From Trypanosoma brucei (taxonomy: Eukaryota), in assembly GCA_000002445.1 (NCBI GenBank), contig CP000071.1:2112001-2176000 (forward strand): a DNA stretch of 64,000 nt, in the 5' to 3' direction. Made by a program: the position numbers and the translations under genes. Shown piece after piece: positions 12,084 through 22,954 of this stretch. Position 1 is the first letter of the stretch. Every line of letters starts with the position of its first letter. The notes beneath the pieces were generated by a model. It worked only from the letters and a program-made list of their open reading frames with translations. It did not search any database and had not been told where the DNA came from.

Positions 12084-13724
12084 ATGTTACGGCACACGCG
12101 TTTCTCCTTCACGCACCAGCGACCACACCTCGTACATTGGCAGTCGCTCGGCAAAACACATTTCGACGTATGTGTCATCGGCGCCGGTCCCGCTGGCATT
12201 GCGGCAGCCCTACGAGCTGTGGACTACAACAAACGGGTCTGTCTTGTAGAAGCAAAGCGTATTGGCGGTTGCGATCTGTGGAATGGCACACTTCAGTCGA
12301 AAACGTTGTGGGAAATGTCAAATTTTTTGGGGCGCGCGAGGGGAAGTTCCGCCGAACGGGTGTATGGAACTACCATTTCAAATTTTATGGAACTCGACGA
12401 TGAACGCATGCTGCAGACATTGCAAGAGGTGAGCGAGACGCGGGAAAAGCAGGTACTATCTGCCCTCAGCGCCTCTAACGTGGCGTTACTCTACGGTCGC
12501 GCCGCTTTTGCTAGCCCTCATGAGTTAGAGGTCAGTAGCCGCGAGGCAAAGGAGTACCGAACGGTGACGGCTGATTATTTCATCATCGCCACAGGTTCTG
12601 TCCCTGTCACGCAGCCACATGTGCCCGTGGACCACAAGAACGTGGTGACTTCCGATGACCTTATGACGTTACCGCTGCCAAAAAGCATGGTAGTGGTGGG
12701 TGGCGGCGCGCTTGGCAGTGAATTCGCGACGACATACGGCAGGCTTGGTAAGACCAAGGTGTTTCTACTAGACAAGAAGGAGCGCATAATGCCGAAGGAA
12801 GATGATGATGTGGCAGCAACGATACAGAAGGGAATGGAAAAGCATGGCGTAGAGGTGCACCAAGATTGCTTGCTGTACAGCTTACAATCACTGACCAAAA
12901 GTGAGAGTGATGGCCAGGAGACACCAAATGACGGCACCTCGGGGAATGGAGTTCGCTATACCATCATGCACCGCAAGACACATGAACTTCAGACGTACGA
13001 AGTGGAGCGGGCCCTCATCGTGACTGGGCGCCGACCGAATTACTTCGGACTGGGCCTACGTAATACTAACTGCGAAGTGCGCGACGGGGTACTTGTGCTA
13101 GACGAGTTTGGCAGGTGTGTAAACCAAAAACACATTTACGCCGTGGGAGACGCAACAGGTCGTGACAGGTCAGTTAGTATGGGCGAAGCGAAGGGGCGGT
13201 TGGCAGTAGATCATATATACAGTCCACACATAACGGAGCCGCTTCACCCCGACCATTCCAGAATTGTATTCCTAGACACTGCCGTAGCTTCCGTGGGAAA
13301 AAACGAAAAGCAGTGCAGAGAAAAAAATGTATCGTATGTAGTGGCCAAGTATGGGTTTGAACTCTGCAGTCGCAACGTGGCTGCGAGCAACACCGAAGGG
13401 TTTGTAAAAATACTCGCGAGTAATGACAGTAAAAAGACGCTTCTCGGCGTTCACGTAGTGGGATGGAGCGCAAGTACTATCGTAGAGTTCGCTACCGCGG
13501 CGATTCAACGTAAACAGTCGGCATACGAGCTGAGTGAAATGCTCACAGCGTACCCATCCGTTTCACAAGCATTTCTAGAGTGCTTGCGCGTCATATTGGG
13601 CACATCCATGTTAAAACCCGGTACATTCCCCGGTCTCGTCTGCAATACATGGACTCCGTCTGACTGTGAGCGAGGTCGGGGCTATTGTTCGCTGGGAAAT
13701 GCTCAAGGCGGTGGCAAACAATAG
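12084..13724 (+). CDS. FAD-dependent pyridine nucleotide-disulfide oxidoreductase of the dihydrolipoamide dehydrogenase family, predicted catalytically inactive
   Basis: Two Rossmann GxGxxG motifs (DVCVIGAGPAGIAAA; MVVVGGGALGSEFA), the FAD-site HIYAVGDATG motif, and a C-terminal dimerisation region aligning with DLDH (AYPSVSQAF vs AHPTLSEAF). The redox-active CxxxxC is degenerate (GGCDLWNGTLQSK: first Cys retained, second Cys replaced by Thr, near 12270-12290). The catalytic His-Glu dyad is replaced by Tyr-Gln (TAC at 13551-13553). A presequence-like N-terminus and an extra Cys-rich C-terminal tail are present. Confidence 0.85.
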   Translation: MLRHTRFSFTHQRPHLVHWQSLGKTHFDVCVIGAGPAGIAAALRAVDYNKRVCLVEAKRIGGCDLWNGTLQSKTLWEMSNFLGRARGSSAERVYGTTISNFMELDDERMLQTLQEVSETREKQVLSALSASNVALLYGRAAFASPHELEVSSREAKEYRTVTADYFIIATGSVPVTQPHVPVDHKNVVTSDDLMTLPLPKSMVVVGGGALGSEFATTYGRLGKTKVFLLDKKERIMPKEDDDVAATIQKGMEKHGVEVHQDCLLYSLQSLTKSESDGQETPNDGTSGNGVRYTIMHRKTHELQTYEVERALIVTGRRPNYFGLGLRNTNCEVRDGVLVLDEFGRCVNQKHIYAVGDATGRDRSVSMGEAKGRLAVDHIYSPHITEPLHPDHSRIVFLDTAVASVGKNEKQCREKNVSYVVAKYGFELCSRNVAASNTEGFVKILASNDSKKTLLGVHVVGWSASTIVEFATAAIQRKQSAYELSEMLTAYPSVSQAFLECLRVILGTSMLKPGTFPGLVCNTWTPSDCERGRGYCSLGNAQGGGKQ

Positions 13725-14458
13725 GTGGCAAAGCAGCCGATGGTGAGGCAAAGCTGAAAAGCAACCGAGGATATCGGGCGACTCTAAATGTTTGTGGAAG
13801 CACACAAGCCTACGGCCCCGTAAAGGGCCCAAATTGCGGATGGCGTGACTGCTGGATGTTCAGTTACAGCTCTTCCATCGTCATGTGTATACGTTTTAGG
13901 GATATGTGAGAGTACTGTTGTGCGCTGGTCCAAAGCAGATCGCATGAGGGCATAAGATCCAGGACAGTGTATTATTACTTCCCTTCCCTCACCCTCATCC
14001 ATTTTCTTCTTTTTTTACCACCCCTCTTATCAGTGAGTTCATAATCAATCGTCTCCTTCCTTCGAAGGTGAGAGACCTATCGACTCCCTACCTTACCTGT
14101 CTTTCGCCTCTCTGCTTTGTTTCATACCGTGCAGTGTTCTGTATACCGTTATGGCCATGGCTGAAATGCGCGGGGAGGGCGAAATCCTCCCCGCGATAAG
14201 CAGTCATTACCAACGGCAACGGGAAAGAAAGCACGTCATCGTGATATAACTTTGAAACGTCTGCGTGCGGACGTTACAACGATCCAAATGTGTGTGTGGG
14301 TGGGGGGGAGGGACTACCCCGATGTTTGAGTACTCACTATGGCGAGGGCCTCATGCATGATGTTTTATCGGACACACATACACACAAATGAATGTCGTAT
14401 CTTAACCAACTTGTAGGCAGGCGCGCTGTCCTTTAGCCGTTGGAACTACTTTGATTGC

Positions 14459-14560
14459 TGTAGCTTGACTGAATTTTTTTTTTTTCGTTCGGCCGATCCA
14501 CTTTCTCTCAAACCTTGTCCCTCATTATTAGTGCTTCGACATTGCTTCTAGTGTTTCTGT
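14459..14560 (+). promoter_or_regulatory. polypyrimidine tract (includes T13) upstream of the PP1 gene; candidate splice-acceptor/polyadenylation coupling signal
   Basis: ctgaatttttttttttcgttcggccgatccactttctctcaaaccttgtccctc, about 450 nt upstream of the ATG at 15001. Confidence 0.45.
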
Positions 14561-15000
14561 CGGAGTGCTTCGGTGTATTCCCGCGGGTGCTGCAGTCGAG
14601 GCGGTCCCACAAGGCAAAACCGCGACGAAGGAGGGAACGTTAGGAAAGGAGCAGAAACTGAAGAAGAAGCCCAAGGAGCTGAAAAAATAAGAAAGGTTTA
14701 ACAACAGGTAACAGGGGTTGAAGTGGAGTTAGAGAAGGGAAGATTAGAAAGTCGGAGGGGAGAAGCGGGGGGAGGAATTACAGAACTGCAGAAAGGGATA
14801 CGGGCCAATCCACTTAGCCGCCCGTCCCTCGTGGCCGTGTTGACCCGTTGGACAAACGGTTGCTTTGTACGGCTATCGGCCACGACGGGACGTCATCTAG
14901 TGATCAGCTGGACAAATCAAATATCACAGGTTGCGAGTTAACACATACAGCAGAAGTTCTAGTGAGCGACTCACGTAGTGGCTAAGCAACTGAAGTTTCA

Positions 15001-16041
15001 ATGAATTGTCGTGAGATCATAAGGAAGCTTCTGCTCAACCCAGCGCACAACAATGCCGCCACAAGAACTGCCCAAGGAGATAATGGAGACAGTAACCAGC
15101 GGGCGTACACTCGCATCTCACGCCTTGCCGCGTTCCAGAGCGCCCAGACACAAGAAAGCACTCCTAAAACCAATGGAACCGGACGGGCAACGACAGAGGG
15201 GTTAACGGAGGCTGAGGTGCGGTGGTTAGTGATGGAGTCCCGGGCGCTGTTCATGTCGCAGCCGATGCTAGTAGAAATTGCCGCCCCCGTGAGAATTTGC
15301 GGGGATGTGCACGGACAGTACACCGACCTCCTGCGACTCTTCGACTTGGGAGGCTTCCCTCCAGATGCAAATTACATTTTTCTCGGGGACTACGTAGACC
15401 GTGGTGACCAGTCATTGGAAACAATCTGTCTCTTGCTCGCATATAAGTTGAGCTTCCCTGAGACCTTCTTCCTCCTACGTGGCAACCACGAGTGTAGTAG
15501 CATCAACCGTATATACGGTTTCTTCGATGAGTGCAAGAGGCGGTATAGTGTCCGCTTGTGGAAACAGTTCACCGATACTTTCAACTGCATGCCAGTGGCT
15601 GGATTGGTTGAAGGACGTATCCTCTGTATGCATGGTGGGCTCAGTCCCGAACTCACTGATCTCGATCAGATACGTCGCATTCTCCGCCCCACGGACGTGC
15701 CCGATAGTGGACTGATATGCGATTTGTTATGGTCTGATCCCAGCACGAATATGGAGAGTAACTGGAGTGAGAATGACCGCGGCGTGTCGTGGACCTTTAG
15801 TGAGAGTGTCGTGAAGTCTTTCAATAAGAAGTTTGACCTCGACCTCATTTGCCGTGCGCACCAGGTGGTGGACGCGGGTTATGAATTCTTCGCAGCACGG
15901 CAGCTTGTGACAGTTTTCTCTGCGCCGAACTACTGCGATGAGTTTGACAACGCCGGTGCATTTATGTGTGTGGATGAAAATCTGATGTGTAGCTTTGTAC
16001 AGATTGAACCAACACGTACGCTGCTGAGGTACTTCTTTTAG
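15001..16041 (+). CDS. serine/threonine protein phosphatase PP1 catalytic subunit (PPP family)
   Basis: Canonical PPP motifs: GDVHGQ (15301-15318), GDYVDRG (15386-15406), LRGNHE (about 15478-15492), plus LWSDP, SAPNY and RAHQVV. The PP1-like N-terminus (IIRKLLL) contains a roughly 50-aa low-complexity insertion (aa about 15-65) before the conserved core. Confidence 0.93.
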   Translation: MNCREIIRKLLLNPAHNNAATRTAQGDNGDSNQRAYTRISRLAAFQSAQTQESTPKTNGTGRATTEGLTEAEVRWLVMESRALFMSQPMLVEIAAPVRICGDVHGQYTDLLRLFDLGGFPPDANYIFLGDYVDRGDQSLETICLLLAYKLSFPETFFLLRGNHECSSINRIYGFFDECKRRYSVRLWKQFTDTFNCMPVAGLVEGRILCMHGGLSPELTDLDQIRRILRPTDVPDSGLICDLLWSDPSTNMESNWSENDRGVSWTFSESVVKSFNKKFDLDLICRAHQVVDAGYEFFAARQLVTVFSAPNYCDEFDNAGAFMCVDENLMCSFVQIEPTRTLLRYFF

Positions 16042-16740
16042 CGTTATGGAAGGTACTCATGCGGTTGTTGGGAGACCCTTGGATTCAGGGAGTGGATCGT
16101 GGGGCATGTGTCAGTGCGCATGCCTGGAGGGTACAAAGGAACGAGGAATAAATCGAAGATGAGGTGTCGCGCACGGACAATGCCTCTCTCCCCTCCACGT
16201 GCACCCGCCTACCCTTTTTCCTTCGTTACGGCGCTGCTTGTGTCTGCTCTACTTCCGCGTGTACATGGGGATCCCTTGCGGCTCAACGCAGCACGGCCCC
16301 GCGCGCAGATGAAATCCAAAGGAGTGGGTAGCGCGAGATTGGAAGGGGGACTCAAAGGGAAGGGAGGGGGAATTTGCACAGTATAACGTATGTTAAACTT
16401 TTATACACACACCGAAGTGACAGAGTACAATTACATAATGTGCATGAAACGGAGTAAAAGAGGCGCCAGATAACGGCTGACAGTGGAGTGTAACCAACAC
16501 ATCCTCTTCGCACCTCTATAGATGGGCTTCCCCCGACGATAAGGAGTGGCTCGGAGGGAGTCGAAGGGCGGACTTTGGGCCAGGTGTTGGACAGAAAAAG
16601 TGAAACACTGCTTTCCCGCCACTGTTTTTCTCTGCTGCGCCTTTATGTATTACCTCTTCCTCACTGATCCTAACTCACAACGACAACTTTGCATCTTATC
16701 GCATGGCTGTGCGCTGATAAACTTTCGAGGATGATCCGAC

Positions 16741-16860
16741 TTGTGAGTTCCTTCGGGTTTCTTTCAGGATATACATCCGGTTTACTATCTGTTTATTGCT
16801 TTAATTTTATCCCCATCCTCCTGGTCATTGCTTTTTCGCACCCTCCAGTAGAAGCAAGTC
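16741..16860 (+). promoter_or_regulatory. polypyrimidine tract upstream of RPB1
   Basis: Pyrimidine-rich run (cttcgggtttctttcaggatatacatccggtttactatctgtttattgctttaattttatccccatcctcctggtcattgctttttcgcaccctcc), 180-300 nt upstream of the RPB1 ATG. Confidence 0.45.
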
Positions 16861-17044
16861 CTCCCCTTGCATAGGTTAAACCACATACGCGAAGTGTGGA
16901 GAGCGTAGAAACCAAAAAGTGTTGAAAGGGTAAGTAAAATAAACGTTAAAACGCAAGGGGGAATCGAGCACATAACTTCCATTTTCTTTTGCTTTGATAG
17001 GAAACGCTGAGACATTACCGGAGAGGCCAAAAAGTAGTGCAAAC

Positions 17045-20000
17045 ATGTCAGGTGGTGCGGCCCTACCGGTTTCCCAGATGGAGTTGCACAAGGTGAATGA
17101 AGTGCAGTTCGAGATATTTAAGGAGAGGCAAATCAAAAGTTACGCCGTGTGCCTTGTCGAGCACGCCAAGTCGTATGAACGCGGCCGACCAGTCCGGGGA
17201 GGCATCAATGATTTGCGTATGGGTACCACTGACTTCGAATTCGCATGCGAGACATGTCATAGGAAGCACCCAGAGTGCCCTGGACACTTCGGATACATCG
17301 AGCTCGCAGAGCCTGTCTTTAATATTGGCGTCTTCGATCTTGTACTGCAGGTGTTGAAGTGTGTTTGCAAAACGTGCGGGGCTCTCCTCCTTAACACGCG
17401 CGAACAGGACGTACATAAGAAGTTGCAGCACATGACAGGCCTCAACCGTCTTCGGCAAGTTGCGAAGATGGCTGAGGCAAAGTGCCGCGTCTCCACCAGC
17501 ACCGAAGACGATATGGGGATTGACGGCTTTGATAGTGCCCCTTTCAATGGCGGATCAGGAATGGGGCCAGGCGCGACACGGGGTTGTGGTGCGTCTCAAC
17601 CCCGCGTAAGTCGCTTTTATGGTATCTACCCAACACTCGTTATCAAGGCAGTACATGAGGAACAAGACGCCGAGTGGCACGCTGATAAGGTGCGACAGGT
17701 GCTTGACCGCGTGTCCGATGATGATGCTCGCTTGATGGGCTTCGACCCTCAACGTTGCCACCCACGGGATCTTGTGCTCACTGTGCTTCCAGTTCCACCC
17801 CCGCAGGTGCGGCCCGCAATATCCTTCGGCGGTCTCAGGTCAGATGATGAACTCACGCATCAGATCATGTCCATTGTGAAACGCAACAACCAACTACGCA
17901 GGGATAAGGAGTCAGACGTGCAGGCAGCAATTGACCGGAGCCGGGCTTTATTGCAAGAACATGTGGCGACATATTTCAATAACGCTTCCACATACTATAA
18001 GCCAACGAAGGTGAATGACACAAAGAAGCTAAAGTCATTAACGGAGCGCTTGAAGGGGAAGTACGGTAGACTGCGTGGAAATCTAATGGGGAAGCGGGTG
18101 GACTTCTCCGCTCGAACCGTCATCACAGGCGATCCGAACATTGACGTGGATGAAGTAGGTGTACCCTTTTCTGTCGCGATGACGCTTACATTCCCCGAGC
18201 GAGTGAACACAGTAAATAAGAAGCGACTGACGGAGTTTGCCCGGCGCACGGTCTACCCGTCGGCGAATTACATACACCATCCGAATGGCACCATAACAAA
18301 ACTCGCGCTCTTGCGTGACCGCTCCAAGGTGACGCTAAACATCGGTGACGTTGTGGAGAGGCATGTGATTAATGGGGATGTCGTCTTGTTCAACCGACAG
18401 CCGACATTGCATCGCATGAGTATGATGGGCCACAGGGTTCGGGTTCTCAACTATAACACTTTCCGGCTTAATCTCTCTTGTACCACACCATACAATGCTG
18501 ACTTCGATGGTGACGAAATGAATTTGCACGTGCCGCAGAGTCTCTTAACGAAAGCAGAGCTGATTGAAATGATGATGGTTCCAAAGAACTTCGTCTCGCC
18601 CAATAAGTCTGCTCCGTGCATGGGTATTGTGCAAGACAGTCTGCTGGGTAGTTACCGGTTGACGGACAAGGACACATTCCTCGATAAGTACTTTGTGCAA
18701 AGCGTGGCACTTTGGCTGGATCTTTGGCAGTTACCCATTCCCGCCATTCTGAAACCCCGACCCCTCTGGACCGGAAAGCAGGTATTTTCACTTATCCTTC
18801 CTGAGGTTAACCATCCAGCAACACCACAGGACCGGCCCCCCTTTCCTCACAATGATTCCGTAGTGATGATACGACGTGGTCAGTTGTTATGTGGACCAAT
18901 CACTAAGAGTATCGTTGGTGCTGCACCGGGATCACTCATTCACGTTATATTTAATGAGCATGGATCTGATGAAGTGGCACGCTTCATCAACGGCGTGCAG
19001 CGCGTGACGACGTTTTTCTTACTTAACTTCGGTTTCAGCGTTGGGGTTCAAGACACCGTAGCTGACAGTGACACCTTGCGGCAGATGAATGATGTCCTCG
19101 TGAAAACACGGAGGAATGTTGAAAAAATTGGTGCGGCTGCCAACAACCGTACACTGAACCGCAAGGCTGGTATGACACTTCTGCAGTCATTCGAAGCAGA
19201 TGTCAACAGCGCACTGAACAAGTGCCGCGAAGAGGCAGCAAAGAAGGCACTGAGCAACGTCCGTCGCACTAACAGCTTCAAGGTGATGATTGAAGCGGGC
19301 AGTAAGGGTACAGATCTGAACATATGTCAAATTGCCGTCTTTGTTGGGCAACAAAACGTCGCGGGAAGCCGTATTCCATTCGGTTTTCGTAGGCGCACGC
19401 TTCCACACTTTATGCTTGACGATTATGGTGAGACGTCACGCGGCATGGCAAACCGTGGTTACGTTGAGGGTCTGAAACCGCACGAGTTTTTTTTCCACAC
19501 AATGGCTGGTCGTGAGGGTTTGATCGATACTGCGGTGAAAACCTCTGATACAGGCTACCTGCAGCGTAAGCTTATCAAGGCGCTAGAAGATGTCCACGCA
19601 GCCTACGACGGTACTGTGCGAAATGCAAACGATGAACTAATTCAGTTTATGTACGGTGAAGACGGTCTTGACGGGGCCCGTATAGAGGGTGGGCAGCTGT
19701 TCCCTCTTCCCTTTCGGGACGATAAGGAGATGGAAGACACGTACAAATATGAGTACGACGTGGATGGCACCTTCAGTGGGAAGGTTGGTGGTAACTATAT
19801 GGATCCCCACGTTAGGAAGATGCTACGCGCTGATCCCCAAAATGTTCGGAAACTTCAGGAAGAATATGAACAGCTTACGGCGGACCGCGAGTGGTCACGC
19901 AAAATGCTTGACCTCGAGGATCGTGATAAACTGAAGCTTAACCTCCCTGTTAATCCAGGTCGACTTATCCAAAACGCGCGCAGTACTATGGGCAAACGTA

Positions 20001-22342
20001 GTCAAGTGTCCAACCTGAGCCCCATCACTATTATCGACCACGTGCGGAAACTTCAAGAAGATCTCATGAAACTCTTTCCATCTTACCACCGGGGAGGGGA
20101 TGGATACATCAGGAATACGTTGAGTCGTGAGCGCATTGAAAGTGCGCTTACTCTCTTCAACGTTCATTTGAGGCAGCTACTTGCGTCAAAAAGGGTGCTG
20201 AAGGAATATAAACTTAACGATAGGGCTTTTGAGTATCTTCTCAAGGAAATTAGAACCAAGTACCACCAGTCACTCACCACGCCGGGTGAGAACATTGGGG
20301 CAATCGCTGCGCAGTCGTGTGGTGAACCTGCCACACAAATGACACTTAACACGTTCCACAATGCGGGAATTTCCTCAAAGAACGTTACCCTCGGTGTGCC
20401 ACGTTTACTGGAGCTTCTAAACGTCTCACGAAACCAAAAGCACGCGAGCATGACAGTGTCTCTGTTTCCACCATATGATGAAAAGCGAAATGCGCAAAAG
20501 GCCCAGCATCTCATTGAATACTGCACGCTGGAGAGTATCACAAGGCGCATACAGTTCATCTACGACCCTGACCCACGTCACACCGTTGTGGAGGCTGATC
20601 GTGACATCCTAGAACTAGAGTGGAATGTTATGGATGAAAGCGATGCAGAGCTAAGAATACAGGAGGTAGTGGCAGGTTCGCCATGGGTGGTGAGGTTGGA
20701 GCTCGACGTGGATATGGTCACCGACAAGGCCCTCGATATGAAGGATGTGAAGCAAGCTATCCTGCGAGTGGATGAAAGCTACATAATTGAAACGGGAATG
20801 GCTAACAATGTGCGCCAGCGGACCATAAGAATGCGGTCCAGATATAACGAAGGAGCTGACTCGATCCCACAGCTTAAGCGTGAAATCCCAGCCCTTCTTG
20901 CGCGGGTTCACTTGCGTGGTATTCCCGGTGTGCGTCGGGCGCTGCTGAAGGACACCACCGAATTCACTGTAGATCAGGCAACGGGGAAAATGAGTGGCAA
21001 CAAAATATGGGCAATAGACACGGACGGCACGGCATTGCGACGTGCTTTTATTGGTGTCGTAGGTGAGGATGGTAAGAACATTATTAATGCGGTGAAAACG
21101 AGTAGCAACAAAGTGCCTGAGGTATGTAGTCTTCTTGGTATTGAGGCGGCGAGATCAAAGATGTTGACGGAACTTCGTGAGGCTTACCTGGCCTATGGTC
21201 TCAATATTAACTACCGCCACTATACTATACTGGTGGATACGATATGTCAGCATGGGTACCTGATGGCTGTTTCTCGCTCAGGAATCAACCGCTCCGATAC
21301 GTCGGGTCCGTTGATGCGCTGTTCATTTGAAGAAACTGTTAAGGTGCTTATGGCGGCTGCATCTTTTGGCGAGTGCGATCCCGTGCGTGGGGTATCAGCA
21401 AATCTTGTGCTCGGTAACCAAGCGCGCGTTGGTACGGGGCTTTTCGATCTTGTTCTCAACATGGCAGCGCTGCAGCAGGCTGTACCGCAGGCAGAAGCGG
21501 TTGCACCCGGAAAGGATGTAAATGTGTATCACAGTCTCGGGTCCACGCTGCAGCAAAATATCCAATCCTCCATTGCGTACCGACCAAGAGATCATGATGC
21601 AACACCGTTTGTAAACAATGCCAGTCTGTTTCTCCGCCAGGGTTTCGGTGGGGGGTCCTCCTCCGCACCAGTAACGGCCTCGGCCCCATACAACCCTTCG
21701 ACGACGTACCACGGCGGTCGGCTCGAAGCGAGCGCAGTGCACAGGAGTCAAGCTTATTCTACATCCCCCGCTTTGGAATACGGAGGGCGGGAAGCAAGCG
21801 CCTCACAAATGTACAGCGTTATGTCTTCCGCCAGCGCGTTCAACCCAGTTTCAACGCGGATGTCGTCAGTGGCACACAGTTATTCCGAATACAGTGAAGC
21901 CTCTTCTTACCACCTGCAACACAGCGTGGCGCCAACTTCCATGCAAGCTTCACTACCAAGAACCGACAACTCTATGACCATGCAAGGTATCGGTAGTGTT
22001 TCAGTACCGTACACGCCCCATGCCATGTCCAGTGCTGCCCCACCGTCGCAGGTATACGCCAGCACAGAAGTCGGCCGGTCGCACAGCGAGGACTCGCGGT
22101 CCCAGTCAGCTCTCTACGTTCCGACACTCTCACCCACCCACGCGGGTTACGCTATACGAGGTGATGAGCCATCCACACATCGTAGTGACTCAAATGTCAT
22201 GTGGCGGGAGGCTGGCGGGGGAAGGGAACAGGATGAGGAAGATGACCTCTCCACGAATTATATGCCCACTGCAAAGACACCCCAGCAGGTGGCACCGCCG
22301 ACAGCCGCAGAGTTTGGGGACGAGGAAGAGGAAGAACAGTAA
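17045..22342 (+). CDS. RPB1: DNA-directed RNA polymerase II largest subunit (RPB1)
   Basis: 1765-aa product from the ATG at 17045 (MSGGAALPVSQMEL...); the 6-frame ORF begins 17 codons upstream at 16994. It has the zinc-binding N-terminus (CETCHRKHPECPGHFGYIEL), the catalytic NADFDGDEMN Mg-binding motif (about 18490-18530), and conserved trigger-loop and cleft regions. The C-terminal approx. 290 aa are S/Y/P/A-rich without YSPTSPS heptads and end in an acidic EFGDEEEEEQ tail, as in trypanosomatid RPB1. Confidence 0.97.
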   Translation: MSGGAALPVSQMELHKVNEVQFEIFKERQIKSYAVCLVEHAKSYERGRPVRGGINDLRMGTTDFEFACETCHRKHPECPGHFGYIELAEPVFNIGVFDLVLQVLKCVCKTCGALLLNTREQDVHKKLQHMTGLNRLRQVAKMAEAKCRVSTSTEDDMGIDGFDSAPFNGGSGMGPGATRGCGASQPRVSRFYGIYPTLVIKAVHEEQDAEWHADKVRQVLDRVSDDDARLMGFDPQRCHPRDLVLTVLPVPPPQVRPAISFGGLRSDDELTHQIMSIVKRNNQLRRDKESDVQAAIDRSRALLQEHVATYFNNASTYYKPTKVNDTKKLKSLTERLKGKYGRLRGNLMGKRVDFSARTVITGDPNIDVDEVGVPFSVAMTLTFPERVNTVNKKRLTEFARRTVYPSANYIHHPNGTITKLALLRDRSKVTLNIGDVVERHVINGDVVLFNRQPTLHRMSMMGHRVRVLNYNTFRLNLSCTTPYNADFDGDEMNLHVPQSLLTKAELIEMMMVPKNFVSPNKSAPCMGIVQDSLLGSYRLTDKDTFLDKYFVQSVALWLDLWQLPIPAILKPRPLWTGKQVFSLILPEVNHPATPQDRPPFPHNDSVVMIRRGQLLCGPITKSIVGAAPGSLIHVIFNEHGSDEVARFINGVQRVTTFFLLNFGFSVGVQDTVADSDTLRQMNDVLVKTRRNVEKIGAAANNRTLNRKAGMTLLQSFEADVNSALNKCREEAAKKALSNVRRTNSFKVMIEAGSKGTDLNICQIAVFVGQQNVAGSRIPFGFRRRTLPHFMLDDYGETSRGMANRGYVEGLKPHEFFFHTMAGREGLIDTAVKTSDTGYLQRKLIKALEDVHAAYDGTVRNANDELIQFMYGEDGLDGARIEGGQLFPLPFRDDKEMEDTYKYEYDVDGTFSGKVGGNYMDPHVRKMLRADPQNVRKLQEEYEQLTADREWSRKMLDLEDRDKLKLNLPVNPGRLIQNARSTMGKRSQVSNLSPITIIDHVRKLQEDLMKLFPSYHRGGDGYIRNTLSRERIESALTLFNVHLRQLLASKRVLKEYKLNDRAFEYLLKEIRTKYHQSLTTPGENIGAIAAQSCGEPATQMTLNTFHNAGISSKNVTLGVPRLLELLNVSRNQKHASMTVSLFPPYDEKRNAQKAQHLIEYCTLESITRRIQFIYDPDPRHTVVEADRDILELEWNVMDESDAELRIQEVVAGSPWVVRLELDVDMVTDKALDMKDVKQAILRVDESYIIETGMANNVRQRTIRMRSRYNEGADSIPQLKREIPALLARVHLRGIPGVRRALLKDTTEFTVDQATGKMSGNKIWAIDTDGTALRRAFIGVVGEDGKNIINAVKTSSNKVPEVCSLLGIEAARSKMLTELREAYLAYGLNINYRHYTILVDTICQHGYLMAVSRSGINRSDTSGPLMRCSFEETVKVLMAAASFGECDPVRGVSANLVLGNQARVGTGLFDLVLNMAALQQAVPQAEAVAPGKDVNVYHSLGSTLQQNIQSSIAYRPRDHDATPFVNNASLFLRQGFGGGSSSAPVTASAPYNPSTTYHGGRLEASAVHRSQAYSTSPALEYGGREASASQMYSVMSSASAFNPVSTRMSSVAHSYSEYSEASSYHLQHSVAPTSMQASLPRTDNSMTMQGIGSVSVPYTPHAMSSAAPPSQVYASTEVGRSHSEDSRSQSALYVPTLSPTHAGYAIRGDEPSTHRSDSNVMWREAGGGREQDEEDDLSTNYMPTAKTPQQVAPPTAAEFGDEEEEEQ

Positions 22343-22817
22343 CGAAAGGAAATTAGTGAGGTGGGAAGGTCAAACCTTGTCAACCTGTTTGGTGTGTATT
22401 CTGTAAGCAGCGCTAAACTGCTAAGTGCCAGCGTGCAGTTGAGTGGAAGCAGAAAAGGTGGGAACGAAGGTGCAGAGGATATCAGCGTTTTCTTGGAGAC
22501 CCTACAGAGGAAAGGAGAGGATTATTTGTGGTCGGGAAGCTTTCGAGATGTTGTGTATGTTTGCTTGTTGAGAGCTATACACCCAATGGGGCGGGCAAGG
22601 GTGGAACTCAAAAAATAAAAACGGTGAAAGAGAATGGCAGTTTCCCTGCACAACCTAAAGTTTAGCCGTTTTGGATGTGGAGAAGGAGGGCACATGTCGA
22701 TACGGTCATTCTGCCATTCGTGTCAACAATCTCTTCTTTACTGTGTTCAACATGGATGCAGTCACTTCAGATGACTAATCGTCGACGTTGTAAGGGCATG
22801 CGCAGCAAATATCACTA

Positions 22818-22860
22818 TTTCCCATCATATTTTTTCTAAAATAAGACTCTTTTTGACGCA
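22818..22860 (+). promoter_or_regulatory. polypyrimidine tract upstream of calreticulin
   Basis: tttcccatcatattttttctaaaataagactctttttgacgc, about 100 nt upstream of the ATG at 22955. Confidence 0.4.
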
Positions 22861-22954
22861 AAACATTTCAAGGAGTAACCAGCGATTTAAAAAAGATTTT
22901 AATATAAGACTTGAATAAATTCAATATAAGTCAAAACAAAGGCATCTGATAATA

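Noticed and set aside
11765-12403. 212-aa + strand ORF overlapping the start of the DLDH-like gene in another frame
   Set aside because: It begins in the poly-C/pyrimidine spacer (PPPCKRKTPPPFF...) and runs out of frame into the well-supported flavoprotein gene. It is likely 5'UTR/spacer.
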